Shown here: one piece after another, positions 1 through 9,805 of the stretch
How the letters are laid out: each line of letters starts with the position of its first letter
Numbering within the stretch: position 1 is the stretch's first letter
Assembly: GCA_963822445.1 (NCBI GenBank)
Contig: CAWGHO010000003.1
Coordinates: 576,001 to 640,000, forward strand
DNA from: an uncultured Acidobacteriota bacterium
GTDB lineage: Bacteria > Acidobacteriota > Thermoanaerobaculia > Gp7-AA8
DNA: 64,000 nucleotides
Direction of reading: 5' to 3'
The notes under the pieces: generated by a model
Databases searched by the model: none
What the model was told of the DNA's origin: nothing
Seen by the model: the letters and a program-made list of their open reading frames with translations, nothing else
Translations under genes and position numbers: made by a program

Positions 1-1
1 C

Positions 2-208
2 ATGCAGCAAGGCGTCACAGCCTTCGGCGGCGCCGGAGAGCGTCGAGGCGTCGGCGACGTTTCCCGGGAAAGGCTCGACGCCCGGCCATTGCTTCGCATC
101 TTCATCGGCGTGCCGCGACAGAAGACGGACCTCGTGACCGCGGGCGATCAGCTCAGGAATCGCTCCTTCGCCGATGACACCCGTCCCACCAGTGATCAGG
201 ATTTTCAT
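2..208 (-). CDS. NAD-dependent epimerase/dehydratase family protein (N-terminal part; runs off the window start)
   Basis: Manual translation from ATG at 208: MKILITGGTGVIGEGAIPELIARGHEVRLLSR..., a Rossmann GxxGxxG start typical of extended SDRs. Not in the ORF track. Confidence 0.85.
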   Translation of the reverse strand, partial: MKILITGGTGVIGEGAIPELIARGHEVRLLSRHADEDAKQWPGVEPFPGNVADASTLSGAAEGCDALLH

Positions 209-220
209 ACCGTGCAAAAG

Positions 221-236
221 AGCACGGCAGGTGCCA
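221..236 (-). promoter_or_regulatory. Putative sigma-54 promoter of the epimerase gene
   Basis: Minus strand reads TGGCAC-CTGCC-GTGCT (GG-N10-GC) just upstream of ATG 208. Confidence 0.5.
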
Positions 237-237
237 T

Positions 238-1500
238 TCAGTGCGGCAATCCGAAGGCGTAGTACAAAGCGCACACGAGCGCGAGCGCGAGCATCCCCGG
301 CTTCACTTCACGCCACCGTCCGGTCACGAGTTTCATGATCGGGTAGAGCACCAGCCCGGCCGTCAGTCCATTGGCGATGTTGTAAGTGAAGACCATCACC
401 ACGATCGTCACGAACGCCGGCACGAGCTCGGTCAGATCGTTGTAATCGATCTTCGCCGCGGCGGAGAGCATGAGCATGCCGACGATCAGCAATGCCGGAG
501 CGTACGCGTACTGCAGCGATTGCATCGGCTCGAACAGAGGGATGAAGAACAGAGAGAGGGCGAAGAGCGCCGCGGTGACGACCGAGGCCAGGCCCGTTCT
601 CGCGCCTTCGCGGATGCCGGTCGATGACTCGATGTACGCGCCGCTGGTCGACGTGCCCGCCAGTCCGCCGAAGATGCAGGAAAGCGCGTCGACGAGCATC
701 GGCTTCTTCAGATCGCCTTTCACGTCGAGCGCAACGAGCGTCCCCAGCGTGTCCAGCAGGGACATGACGAAGAGCGTGAGCAGGATCGGCAGAAAACTGA
801 GGCGGAGGACGGAGACGACATCGAGCTCGAACGCGATCGGGGAGATGTCGTAGGGGAGGGCCATGACCGCTTTCGGCAGTTTGGCCACGCCGAACAACGC
901 GCCGGCGACCGCGGTCACGACGATGCCGATCAGAATCGCGCCGGGAACGCGCCAGAACATCAGCGCCGCGATGAGCACGAAGCCGAAGATCGCCAGCAGG
1001 ACGGTCGTGCTGCGCACATCGCCGAGTTGCACCGGCACGGCCTGCGCGCTCTTCACGATGCCGCTCTGCACGAGACCGATGAACGTCAGGAACAGGCCGA
1101 TGCCCGCGGCGAAGCTGTGCTTCATCGAGTCGGAGAGCGATGAGGCCAGCCAGGTGCGCACGCCGATGAGGGTGATGATGAGAAAGATCACGCCGCTGAC
1201 GAAGACCGCGCCGAGGCGCTGCTGCCAGGTGATGCCGAAGGCGGCCAGGCCAAAGGCGATGAACGCGTTCTCGCCCATATACGGGGCGACGGCGATGGGG
1301 CGGTTCGCGTAAAGGCCCATCAGCAACGTGCCGAAGGCCGCGGTGAGAATCGTGGCGACCGTGCTTGGACCCTGGGGGATCCCGGCGAAGGCGAGGATGG
1401 CCGGGTTGACGACGATGATGTACGCCATCGACACGAACGTCGTGATGCCGCCTACGACCTCCGCGCGGATAGTGCTGCCGCGGTCTGCAATGCCGAACAT
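238..1500 (-). CDS. NCS2 family (AzgA-like) purine permease
   Basis: 420 aa polytopic membrane protein with GGITTFVSMAYIIVVNP, APYMGENAF and YIESSTGIREGARTGL motifs. Confidence 0.92.
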   Translation of the reverse strand: MFGIADRGSTIRAEVVGGITTFVSMAYIIVVNPAILAFAGIPQGPSTVATILTAAFGTLLMGLYANRPIAVAPYMGENAFIAFGLAAFGITWQQRLGAVFVSGVIFLIITLIGVRTWLASSLSDSMKHSFAAGIGLFLTFIGLVQSGIVKSAQAVPVQLGDVRSTTVLLAIFGFVLIAALMFWRVPGAILIGIVVTAVAGALFGVAKLPKAVMALPYDISPIAFELDVVSVLRLSFLPILLTLFVMSLLDTLGTLVALDVKGDLKKPMLVDALSCIFGGLAGTSTSGAYIESSTGIREGARTGLASVVTAALFALSLFFIPLFEPMQSLQYAYAPALLIVGMLMLSAAAKIDYNDLTELVPAFVTIVVMVFTYNIANGLTAGLVLYPIMKLVTGRWREVKPGMLALALVCALYYAFGLPH

Positions 1501-1513
1501 GGACCGCGAGATT

Positions 1514-1596
1514 GTAGGCGGTAGGCGGTTCGCGGTAGGCGGGAGATAAAGCCCGCCGCCCGTTTTCCCGCCTACCGCCTACCGCTTACCGCCTAC
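1514..1596. repeat. Inverted array of heptamer tandem repeats (GTAGGCG)n ... (CGCCTAC)n
   Basis: Read directly in the BON-NCS2 intergenic space; the two arms can pair into a hairpin. Confidence 0.8.
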
Positions 1597-1901
1597 TACG
1601 GTTTGACGTGCAGGCCGCTGGCGTCGACGCTGGTGACGCCGTTGACGTCGCGCACGCGCGCGACGATCGCATCACGCTGCGCGGCGCTGTCGGCATGGCC
1701 GGAGAGCGTCACGCGACCACCTTCGGTCACATCGACATTGACGCCGGAGCCGGGGGCGACGCTGTTGATGGCGGCCTTCACCTCCGTCACCATCGCCTCT
1801 TCATCCATCGACTCGGGCAGCTGACGATTCATCGAGCACGCCGTCGCGGCGAGCGCGACCAGGAGCAGGGAGATCACTACGAGAATTCGTTTGTTCTTCA
1901 T
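1596..1901 (-). CDS. BON-domain lipoprotein
   Basis: Lipobox LAATAC; VNVDVTEGGRVTLSG...VRDVNGVTSV is a BON-fold pattern. Confidence 0.85.
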   Translation of the reverse strand: MKNKRILVVISLLLVALAATACSMNRQLPESMDEEAMVTEVKAAINSVAPGSGVNVDVTEGGRVTLSGHADSAAQRDAIVARVRDVNGVTSVDASGLHVKP

Positions 1902-1930
1902 GACTTCAAAAGCCTCCGAATAAGTGAAAT

Positions 1931-1945
1931 AGCAACGCTTGTACC
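1931..1945 (-). promoter_or_regulatory. Putative sigma-54 promoter of the BON lipoprotein gene
   Basis: Minus strand reads GGTAC-AAGCG-TTGCT (GG-N10-GC). Confidence 0.55.
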
Positions 1946-1955
1946 CGCCTGAGAG

Positions 1956-1970
1956 GGCACGGGCATTGCT
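1956..1970 (+). promoter_or_regulatory. Putative sigma-54 promoter of the 2004..2924 gene
   Basis: GGCAC-GGGCA-TTGCT (GG-N10-GC), followed by an AGGAGG RBS before ATG 2004. Confidence 0.65.
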
Positions 1971-2003
1971 CTAAATAACCATCGGAACTCAACAGGAGGC
2001 CAT

Positions 2004-2924
2004 ATGCGCAACGCGCTGAATCAAAAGAACTTGAATGAGCGTCCGGCGGCTCGCGCGATCCTCGCGCTGACTTTGACCGCGTCGCTCGCGGCTTTTGGCT
2101 GCACGACCAACAGAACTCCCGGAAATGGCGACCCCGTCCATCTCGATCCCCAGGTCGGACCCGCATCGGCACCGACCTCGGGCGTAACGAGCGGCTCGTC
2201 GAGCGGCACCCCGGTGGAAACTCCGCCGCCACCGCCGATGATGTCCTCGTCGACTTTCATCGAACCGCTGCCGACGGTGACCACCCGCGCGAAGCGGCTG
2301 CCGCTTTCGCCCGATGAAGCAGCGGCGGTCATGACCGGACACCAGTCCCTCAACCCCGGCGTGAAGGTCCTCGGACCGGTGAATCCTGGCCCGTCGACGC
2401 AGCTGTCCGCCGTTGCGAACGGCCCGTCAACGATCGGCCCGGTGGCGACGAACACCATCAACAATTCGATCAACTCCGCCGGCCGCGTCGGGGGGGCTGT
2501 CAGCAGCGGGCCTCTCTCAGCGACCGACGTCGCGGTGATCAACAACGCGACCATCGCCGGTACGACAGGCGTCGCGTCCACTGCCGGAAACACCGTCGCC
2601 ACACCGACCAACGCCGCCGTACCGGTGAGCCCGGGCACGTTCTCGGCGGGTCCGAGCGTTGCGACCAGCGCAACCCCGGGCGTCGTGACCAACGCCAGCG
2701 CGGGTAACACCACGCCGCTCACGCCGACCACTGCGGCGTCGGCCAATCCGACGCCGACCGCGACCAGCGGAACGACCGTCATCAACCCTGGTACCGCGCC
2801 GACGGTCTCGCGCTCGACGACGACCGCAGCCACCACAACGACAACTGCAGCATCGACCGCAGCACCAGCCCGCACCGTGATCAGTAACACGAGCGGCAGG
2901 GTGACCGCGAGCAAACCGAAGTAG
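2004..2924 (+). CDS. Ser/Thr/Pro-rich low-complexity lipoprotein of unknown function
   Basis: AGGAGG RBS, signal peptide ending AAFGC, long T/S/P/A-rich tail. Confidence 0.7.
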   Translation: MRNALNQKNLNERPAARAILALTLTASLAAFGCTTNRTPGNGDPVHLDPQVGPASAPTSGVTSGSSSGTPVETPPPPPMMSSSTFIEPLPTVTTRAKRLPLSPDEAAAVMTGHQSLNPGVKVLGPVNPGPSTQLSAVANGPSTIGPVATNTINNSINSAGRVGGAVSSGPLSATDVAVINNATIAGTTGVASTAGNTVATPTNAAVPVSPGTFSAGPSVATSATPGVVTNASAGNTTPLTPTTAASANPTPTATSGTTVINPGTAPTVSRSTTTAATTTTTAASTAAPARTVISNTSGRVTASKPK

Positions 2925-2971
2925 CGTGATTCGCGCGGCGAGCTGACGCTCGCCGCGCAACCCCGAGCCCC

Positions 2972-3721
2972 ATGGCAGAGATCCGCATCGGCACCTCCGG
3001 CTATCACTACAAACACTGGGTCGGCCGTTACTACCCGGCCGATATCAAGCCGAATCAGATGCTCGCGCACTACCTGCGCGACTTCGACACCGTCGAGTTG
3101 AACAACACCTTTTACCAATTGCCCAACGAGTCCACCTTCGACAACTGGCGGGACTCGACTCCTCCCGGGTTTCTCTACGCGGTCAAAGGCAGCCGCTTCA
3201 TCACCCACATGATCAAGCTCAAGGACGCGCAGCGCGGCCTGACCAACTTCATGCCCCGCGCCGAGCGGCTGGGCGACAAGCTCGGCCCGATCCTCTGGCA
3301 ATTGCCGCCGGGATGGAAAGTCAACGTCGAGCGGCTCAAGGAGTTCCTCTCCATCCTCCCGCCGCAGCATCGCTACACCTTCGAGCTTCGCAACGAGACG
3401 TGGATGACCGATCAGGTCCTGGAAGTCCTCCGCAAGTACAACGCCGCGTTCTGCATCTACGAGCTCGCCGGCTACCACTCTCCAATCGAGATCACCGCCG
3501 ACTGGACCTACATCCGCCTGCACGGCCCGACCCGTTTCAAATATCAGGGGAGCTACAAGGACAAGCAGATGGAGGAGTGGGCGGAGCGGATCAGAGGCTG
3601 GTCGCGAAAGATGAAAGCCATCTACGTCTACTTCGACAACGACGATCGCGCCTACGCCGTCGACAATGCCCTGACGCTGAAGAAGATGCTGGGGCGGCTC
3701 GTGCAGAGGCGAGCCGCGTAA
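2972..3721 (+). CDS. DUF72 domain-containing protein
   Basis: IRIGTSGY, VELNNTFY, KGSRFITH, LWQLPP, YIRLHG and YVYFDND motifs. Confidence 0.93.
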   Translation: MAEIRIGTSGYHYKHWVGRYYPADIKPNQMLAHYLRDFDTVELNNTFYQLPNESTFDNWRDSTPPGFLYAVKGSRFITHMIKLKDAQRGLTNFMPRAERLGDKLGPILWQLPPGWKVNVERLKEFLSILPPQHRYTFELRNETWMTDQVLEVLRKYNAAFCIYELAGYHSPIEITADWTYIRLHGPTRFKYQGSYKDKQMEEWAERIRGWSRKMKAIYVYFDNDDRAYAVDNALTLKKMLGRLVQRRAA

Positions 3722-3727
3722 CGCGAT

Positions 3728-6700
3728 TCACGCCTTGAGCGCGCCGCGACTGATGGTCAGGTCGGCGCTGCCGTAGAGCGAATAGACGAGACCGAGGGGG
3801 TTGAGTTTCGCGAGAAGAGCGCGGCGCGCTCCGAGAAGCGCGGCGCCGGCGGAACTGCCAGTGAGGAAGCGCGAGAGGAACTCCTTCGCCATCTCACCAG
3901 CCAGCAACTCCCAGATCGTGACCTCCGTGCCGATGACGGCGGACGCCTTGCGGCCCGCGATGAAGCGGCGGATGAGCTCCGCCGGCACGTTCGGGTTGAA
4001 TCCTCCCGCGGTGTCACAACCGTTCATGAAGACGAGAGGCGCGCGCGACCAGTCCGCTCCGTCGAAATCGACCGAGGTCAGTCCGTCGTCGGCGGGAGGC
4101 TGGCCGAAGTCGAGCGCCGGCTCGAGATTGCGTCCCGCCGCGTCTTTGCGCCCTGGCCGTCCGTGACAGTAGAAGTAGATGACGTTCGCGTCCGTATCCC
4201 CGGTGAGGACATCGCGAATCAGGGCAGCGTCAGAATGCAGTGGATCGATCAAGGCCGCCGCTGCGTTTTTTACTGCATCCCGGAGAGCCGTCTCGTGCGG
4301 TTTGGCGAAACGAAGATGACGGTTGAACGCCGCGAACACTTGCGGCGAGCTTCCGGTCTTGATCGTCGTCGGCGACGCGGCCGCTGATTCGGGAGACTTG
4401 ACCTGCTGGCCCGGCATCTCGATCTCGTACTTGAAACCCCAGAACCGTCGCGGGCAGACAACCGACTCGGGACAATAGATCTCTTCGCCGCGGGCACGCC
4501 GCGCTGCATTTTCGTCGGGATCGAGGAGGCACCCCGGTGCCGTAGTGCAATCTCCCGGCGGCATCACGCCATCGCTGTCGGGGATCCCGGCGCGGCAGAG
4601 ACCACGCTTCACGGGGACTTCGCTCGCCGGGTCGCCTCGGATCTCGAAGTGCCGATGCTCGAGTTGGATCTCGCGGTCGTACATGAGCGACCAGGGGATC
4701 ACCTTCGTGATGTCGATGTTCGCGATCTGCACGATCGTCGACTGCTGGTCGAGCTTTTCGCGCAACGCTTCCCGCTTCGCTCGGTTGATCATGACCGAAC
4801 TGCAGATGTTCCAACCGGCGGTAGCCATGTCGAAGAGCAGATCCGCAAGCTCCTCTTCGTCGCCGCGGTTCTCGTCGAGGTAGCGGTAAACGCCTTTGAC
4901 GTTCTGCGAGGCCGCCTTCAACGCCAGGCGGGCGTTCTCCACTTTGCTGCCGAAGAGGTCATCGGCAACCGCGGTGAAGTGATCGTCGGCCTTCATCGTG
5001 ACGACCTTCTGGCCCGCACTTTCATTCGCGACGATGGACAACGTGCGGGCAGGGAGCGACGGGGCCTCGTCGATACCGCCGATGTTCGCGTACTCGAGCC
5101 GCGCCGCGTATCCGAAGTTGCCCGCGTTCTCGATCTCGTCCATGGTCAGGTCGAGTGCTTTGGACAGGAGCGGCACCGGAAAATCGGTCGCCGTTTCGAG
5201 TACCGCTGCGACGCGATACGACTGCACGACACTGTTCTTGTAGTAGATCGAGAAACGGAGCCGGGCCACGCCGGGGAGGACCGTGTCGTGCCTCGGCCGC
5301 AATGCGAACGTGACCAGTTCGGTCGGCTCACCGCCGGCCGGGAGCCAGAGCTGTTGCACGGCGTCGCCGCGATTCTCGAAGTCGAGCGGCGTCACACCGA
5401 TCTCGATCCACCCGCCAGTCGAATCGGGCCGCCAGCGAAAGACCTCCTCGACCAGAGCGGTCGAACCGAAGGTCGTGATCAGTTCGTTTTTCGGGCCGAT
5501 CTGCACGCCGAAATGAACGACCTTGCCCGGAACGAGGCGATCACTCTCCGGAAGCTGTTCGAGAACGCCTTCGGAAGTGACGTCGTAGAACGCGCTGTTC
5601 ACGTGCCGGACTTTCGCCGCCTCGGAAGCCTCCGCCCTTCGCGCCGCCGTCGCCGCCCGCGTCCGTTTCACATCCGGGCCGACCGCACGCTTGACGGCGC
5701 GAACATGCTTGGCGAGCGGCAGGACACCCTCGCTTTCGTGGTCCTCGAACACGTACTGCTTCATGTCCGTTCTGATCAGGCCGAGCTCGGGGAGCATCGC
5801 GGTGCCGAGGTTTTCCGACAGCGTGCGGACCGGCATGGTCTGCGTGCCATCACGCAGGACCACGTACGAGTGATCGCGAAGGCCTTTCGGGGCGTAGCCA
5901 TGCTTCCCGAGCACCGTCGAGAAAACGTCTGCGGCGAGCCCCGCGGCCGGTTCGTCGATCGTGCCGAGGTCGATGCTGTCCTGGGAGATGCCGATCGACC
6001 TCATGGCCGTACGAACCGCGTTTTCCACGTCGGCGGCGGGCAGCGCGGAGGCCCGACGGATCTCGGCGGCCACTTCAGGCCGCGAAAATGCTTCGCCGAT
6101 CGCCGAAAAACGAAGCGCTTCTTCGCGGCCGCCGCCGGCGAACAACGCGACGTCGTGCTGGCGATACAGACCGCGGATGTAGTCGAGCGGGCGGTCGTGG
6201 ACGAAGTAGTCGTAGAACAGCTCCAGGCCGTTCCGCCGGTCGCTCACCCACACCGCCGGGCCGCCGCGCGCGACGAGCAGGTGTGCCATACGCCGCAGAC
6301 GCGGCAGATCCTCCTGATCCGCCTGGATGATGATCAGGCGGGTCTGCCATTGCGTCGCGATCGCTTCCAGCCAGCCCGCGGTGCCGGGCGCGTCGCGCGC
6401 GGTCGTGCTGAGACAGTTCTCCCAAAGCCCGCTGCAGTTCCACTGGAGGATGTCGACCCGCGGCCATTCCGCGGAGGCCAGGAAGTCCCGGACGTGGCTT
6501 TCCGACGCGACGCCGACCTCGATCGCCCGCGACCACTCCGCACCGCGAAACGCGCGATGGATGTCGGCTGTCGCCTGAGGCCTGAATCCGACATCGAGCA
6601 CGCGCAGCGGGAACGTGAGTGGGATCTGCAGAGCGCGCGGGCGGGTCTGGGAGACGCGCACGACGAGGGGTGGAACGGTATTGCGCCGCTCCAGTGCGTT

Positions 6701-6904
6701 CGCGATCACGGCTTCCCATGGAATGCCCGCGAGATCGCCGTCGGTCATCTCCAATGTCACGCGGCGTAGGTCGAAATCATCAGAGGGCGGCTGCAGATCG
6801 TCGCGGTCGAGCGCCGCGGTGATCGTGAGAATCAGGTCCGCGACGTCCTCCCTGGTCTGATCGACCACGAGAGCGATGTCCGTTCGCTTGTAGTGTTCGG
6901 TCAT
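3728..6904 (-). CDS. CHAT (caspase-like) domain protein, 1058 aa, with an intact C-terminal CHAT and a degenerate N-terminal CHAT-like region
   Basis: C-terminal IPWSLMYD, FYCHG (catalytic His) and VFMNGC (catalytic Cys), VIGTE, GLVYSLYG. N-terminal LAGIPWE...PLRVL without HG. Confidence 0.85.
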   Translation of the reverse strand: MTEHYKRTDIALVVDQTREDVADLILTITAALDRDDLQPPSDDFDLRRVTLEMTDGDLAGIPWEAVIANALERRNTVPPLVVRVSQTRPRALQIPLTFPLRVLDVGFRPQATADIHRAFRGAEWSRAIEVGVASESHVRDFLASAEWPRVDILQWNCSGLWENCLSTTARDAPGTAGWLEAIATQWQTRLIIIQADQEDLPRLRRMAHLLVARGGPAVWVSDRRNGLELFYDYFVHDRPLDYIRGLYRQHDVALFAGGGREEALRFSAIGEAFSRPEVAAEIRRASALPAADVENAVRTAMRSIGISQDSIDLGTIDEPAAGLAADVFSTVLGKHGYAPKGLRDHSYVVLRDGTQTMPVRTLSENLGTAMLPELGLIRTDMKQYVFEDHESEGVLPLAKHVRAVKRAVGPDVKRTRAATAARRAEASEAAKVRHVNSAFYDVTSEGVLEQLPESDRLVPGKVVHFGVQIGPKNELITTFGSTALVEEVFRWRPDSTGGWIEIGVTPLDFENRGDAVQQLWLPAGGEPTELVTFALRPRHDTVLPGVARLRFSIYYKNSVVQSYRVAAVLETATDFPVPLLSKALDLTMDEIENAGNFGYAARLEYANIGGIDEAPSLPARTLSIVANESAGQKVVTMKADDHFTAVADDLFGSKVENARLALKAASQNVKGVYRYLDENRGDEEELADLLFDMATAGWNICSSVMINRAKREALREKLDQQSTIVQIANIDITKVIPWSLMYDREIQLEHRHFEIRGDPASEVPVKRGLCRAGIPDSDGVMPPGDCTTAPGCLLDPDENAARRARGEEIYCPESVVCPRRFWGFKYEIEMPGQQVKSPESAAASPTTIKTGSSPQVFAAFNRHLRFAKPHETALRDAVKNAAAALIDPLHSDAALIRDVLTGDTDANVIYFYCHGRPGRKDAAGRNLEPALDFGQPPADDGLTSVDFDGADWSRAPLVFMNGCDTAGGFNPNVPAELIRRFIAGRKASAVIGTEVTIWELLAGEMAKEFLSRFLTGSSAGAALLGARRALLAKLNPLGLVYSLYGSADLTISRGALKA

Positions 6905-6908
6905 GGCG

Positions 6909-9011
6909 TCACCATTTCTCGCGGTCGAGAAGATCGGACAGTCCGTTGAAGCTCAATTGATGGAGACCGGCGCCCCACAGGAAGGCGACGAGGTAGGCCT
7001 GCGGTCCGCCCCATGTCCAGTCGTCACTCCACAGCACCTTCAGTCCGAAAAGCACGGCCAGGGTCGCGATGATGAGCGTCGCAAGGACGTCGGCGACGCG
7101 CTGCTTCCTCTTGAACAACTCGGGCGCGTCTGGTGCCGCAATGTCGCGCCACCGCACGGCCGGCAGCCAGTCACCGAAGATGACGTCGGTCGCGTCGCCT
7201 CCCACGGCGGCGGCGGTGCTCGTTTGGGGCGAGCCTCCCAGGAGCTGAGCGAAACGGGTTTGCAACGCGTCGATGCGCCGGGTGGCGCCATCCAACTGAT
7301 GCTCCGCGGCGGCCTGCCGGAGCGCTTCCACGTCCGCCTTCAATGCCAGCAAGGCGTCGTCCTCCGGCAGTTTTTTCAGCTCGACGTCGATGGCGGAGGC
7401 GAGTGCGTCCGCCGTTCGCGGGACGAATTTCGTAATGGCCAGGCGAAGCTGGGTAAGGGCGACCGAAGCATCATCGGATGCCATCGCCGCATCCAGCGAT
7501 GCCTGAACGTCCTGAACCAGCTCCGGCCATTGCTCTTTCGGAAAGCTGTGGGGCTTGTTCGTCAATTGCCGGCGGAGGACCGCGGCGAACGCCTTGACGT
7601 AGTCGAGCTCCAGGTTGCGGGCCTGAAGCAGTGCCTCCGGCATGGTGGCCGAGTTCAGCTGGGCTTCGATGGCCGGGATCCGCTGCAGGAGCGGTTGCAG
7701 CTCCGGCTCGTTCGAGCTCGTGATCGCCTTCCGCAGCGTGTCGAGCTGCCCCTGAATCTCGGCCCGCAGCGCGGCATCGACGGTGTTACGAAGATTGCCC
7801 AATGCCGAGACTTGCAGTTGTACGGTGTCAACGGTCGCGTTCTCGTCGTGCAGCACGTTGGCGGCGTCGTCGAGCCCCTTCCGAGCGACAGTCGCAGTCT
7901 GACGCGGCAGCGACGCGCCGGACAGGTGAGCGTGGTTGTCGATCCACGCTCGCAGCAGAGGGAGCTTCGCCTCGTAGATGGCGAAGTCGTTGGTGCCGAG
8001 GATGCGTCCGCCGAGCGAGAGCGTCTCGTAGCGGTGCTCCAGCGAGCGCTCGAGCCGGTCGACGTGCTCCTCGGCCACGGGGTCGTTCAACGGCGCGCGG
8101 ATGTTGCCCAACGCGTCGACCAGCCCGGAGAGCCGGCGCTGCAGGGCCAGCCGGGGGCGAAGGACTTTCGTGAGATACCTGAGGATGAGCGAGATGGCTA
8201 CGCCGAAGAGAATCCACGCGGCGGCGAGGCCCCACGAGTGCCGCACGAACAACGTGACCGGCGTCGACATCACGGGCTCGGCGCGGCCCGTGCGGAGAAC
8301 GATCGTCGCTTCGTACTGGCCGGGCCGGTTGATGCCCGTGATCGAGACCGGCACGTGACGCCATTCGTCCGGACCGAGCTCGAGGGGCTTTCCGGCGTTG
8401 AGCTCGAGCTTCGGGTCGGGGGCCGCGAAGGAGACTTTGTCGTTCACCTTCAAAGCAAGCCGTGCTGACGCCTGAATGTCGTTGGCGGCCTGCCCGGCTG
8501 TTTCGTGGAGCAGGACGTCGAAGGACGTACCGGTGCTCCAGGAAAGCAAGGGGATGGGGACGCGCTGGCCGGGGACGTCGCCGATCGACAATGAAGTTTT
8601 CGGCGCCCCGATGCGGGTGAACCTGACCGCGATTCCTGTCGCGGACACGCCGTCCCCGGACAACCAGACCATCGTGGTTTGCTCGCCGAGCCCCGGCAGA
8701 TGCATCCGCAGGTCGATCGCTTTGCGGCCGAACGTTTCCACGCTGTCGAAGAGGAGTGCGTTGCCGGGAAGCATGTTTCCCTGCGCGTCGGCGGCCGTGA
8801 GGCCGGTTCCCCAGACGCGAACGTTGGTGATGGGACTTACCGTTGTGTTGACCAGCGTGAGCGCGAGCCGGGGATGAGCCGTGGTGAGATTCGAGAATTT
8901 CACGCCATCAGCCGTGGCCTCCGCCAGGGTCAACGAAGGTGCTTGCGCCAATGAAGAAAACGCAAGTCCAGCGGCAACAACGGCAAACGCGCATCTGTGC
9001 GCACGCGTCAT
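6909..9011 (-). CDS. Uncharacterised membrane protein: signal peptide, beta-rich ectodomain, TM helix, helical cytoplasmic region, two C-terminal TM helices
   Basis: 700 aa ORF with AGGAGG RBS; hydrophobic segments near aa 260-280 and at the C-terminus; ends 4 nt before the CHAT gene start. Confidence 0.8.
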   Translation of the reverse strand: MTRAHRCAFAVVAAGLAFSSLAQAPSLTLAEATADGVKFSNLTTAHPRLALTLVNTTVSPITNVRVWGTGLTAADAQGNMLPGNALLFDSVETFGRKAIDLRMHLPGLGEQTTMVWLSGDGVSATGIAVRFTRIGAPKTSLSIGDVPGQRVPIPLLSWSTGTSFDVLLHETAGQAANDIQASARLALKVNDKVSFAAPDPKLELNAGKPLELGPDEWRHVPVSITGINRPGQYEATIVLRTGRAEPVMSTPVTLFVRHSWGLAAAWILFGVAISLILRYLTKVLRPRLALQRRLSGLVDALGNIRAPLNDPVAEEHVDRLERSLEHRYETLSLGGRILGTNDFAIYEAKLPLLRAWIDNHAHLSGASLPRQTATVARKGLDDAANVLHDENATVDTVQLQVSALGNLRNTVDAALRAEIQGQLDTLRKAITSSNEPELQPLLQRIPAIEAQLNSATMPEALLQARNLELDYVKAFAAVLRRQLTNKPHSFPKEQWPELVQDVQASLDAAMASDDASVALTQLRLAITKFVPRTADALASAIDVELKKLPEDDALLALKADVEALRQAAAEHQLDGATRRIDALQTRFAQLLGGSPQTSTAAAVGGDATDVIFGDWLPAVRWRDIAAPDAPELFKRKQRVADVLATLIIATLAVLFGLKVLWSDDWTWGGPQAYLVAFLWGAGLHQLSFNGLSDLLDREKW

Positions 9012-9094
9012 CGTTCCTCCTACAGGTTGAGCCGGATCTGTCCATCTTAATGGAGAGACAGCGATCCGGCTTTACCTTGTGGAGGCGCTGAGAA

Positions 9095-9805
9095 CTACCG
9101 CCGATTGCCGCCGAAGAGGCGCAGCAGCATCAGGAACAGGTTGATGAAGGCGATGTAGAGCACCAGCGCGCCGAGGATCGAGTAGTGCTCGCGATGTTCC
9201 GCGGAGGTGGCCATCGTCTTGAGCTGCTGGTTGTAGTAGGCGGTGAGGCCGAGGAAGACCAGGACGCCGATCGCGGAGAGCATGAAGTCCAGCGCGCTCG
9301 ACTTGAGGAACATGTTCACCAGGAAGCCGGCGAAGAGGCCCCACGCGCCCATGACCAGGAAGGAGCCCATCGACGTCAGGCTGCGCTTGGTCACGTAGCC
9401 GTAGATGGCCATGCCCGCGAACATCACCGCGGCACTGGCGAAGGCCTGGAAGATCGCCGCGCGCGTGAAGATGAGGAAGATCACGCTCAGGGTCAGCCCG
9501 TTCAGGAGCGAGTAGACCAGGAACGCCGACGCGGCGGTCGACGGCTGCATGTGATGGATCCGGACCTGGACCCACATCGCCAGGCCGAACTCGGCGATCA
9601 GCAGGCCGTAGAAGACCACCCGGTTCTGCAGCACCACCGCCTGCATGGCCGGCGAATACAGAACCCACAGCGCGGCCGCGGTGGTGATGGCCAGGCCACC
9701 GAACATCCAGGCGTAGACGCTGCGGACGAACTCTCGGACGCGGACGTCAGTGTCGACGGCTGCGCCGATCCAGGCGGGCTGTTCGGGACGGTAGGAGTTG
9801 CTCAT
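9095..9805 (-). CDS. Bax inhibitor-1/YccA family membrane protein
   Basis: About 7 TM helices; FVRSVYAWM, YSLLNGLTLS and GALVLYIAFINLFL motifs. Start taken at MSNSYR. Confidence 0.92.
   Translation of the reverse strand: MSNSYRPEQPAWIGAAVDTDVRVREFVRSVYAWMFGGLAITTAAALWVLYSPAMQAVVLQNRVVFYGLLIAEFGLAMWVQVRIHHMQPSTAASAFLVYSLLNGLTLSVIFLIFTRAAIFQAFASAAVMFAGMAIYGYVTKRSLTSMGSFLVMGAWGLFAGFLVNMFLKSSALDFMLSAIGVLVFLGLTAYYNQQLKTMATSAEHREHYSILGALVLYIAFINLFLMLLRLFGGNRR

Noticed and set aside
2021-8468. Long antisense ORFs (e.g. 2021..3523, 4649..6769, 6903..8468) and similar ones across the window
   Set aside because: Shadow ORFs typical of high-GC DNA, lying opposite well-supported genes and lacking motifs.
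3728-9805. Bax inhibitor-1 next to the caspase-like protease as an apoptosis-like module
   Set aside because: YccA/BI-1 is a widespread housekeeping membrane protein with host-like codon use, separated from the module by a hairpin (9030-9071). Adjacency alone is not evidence.
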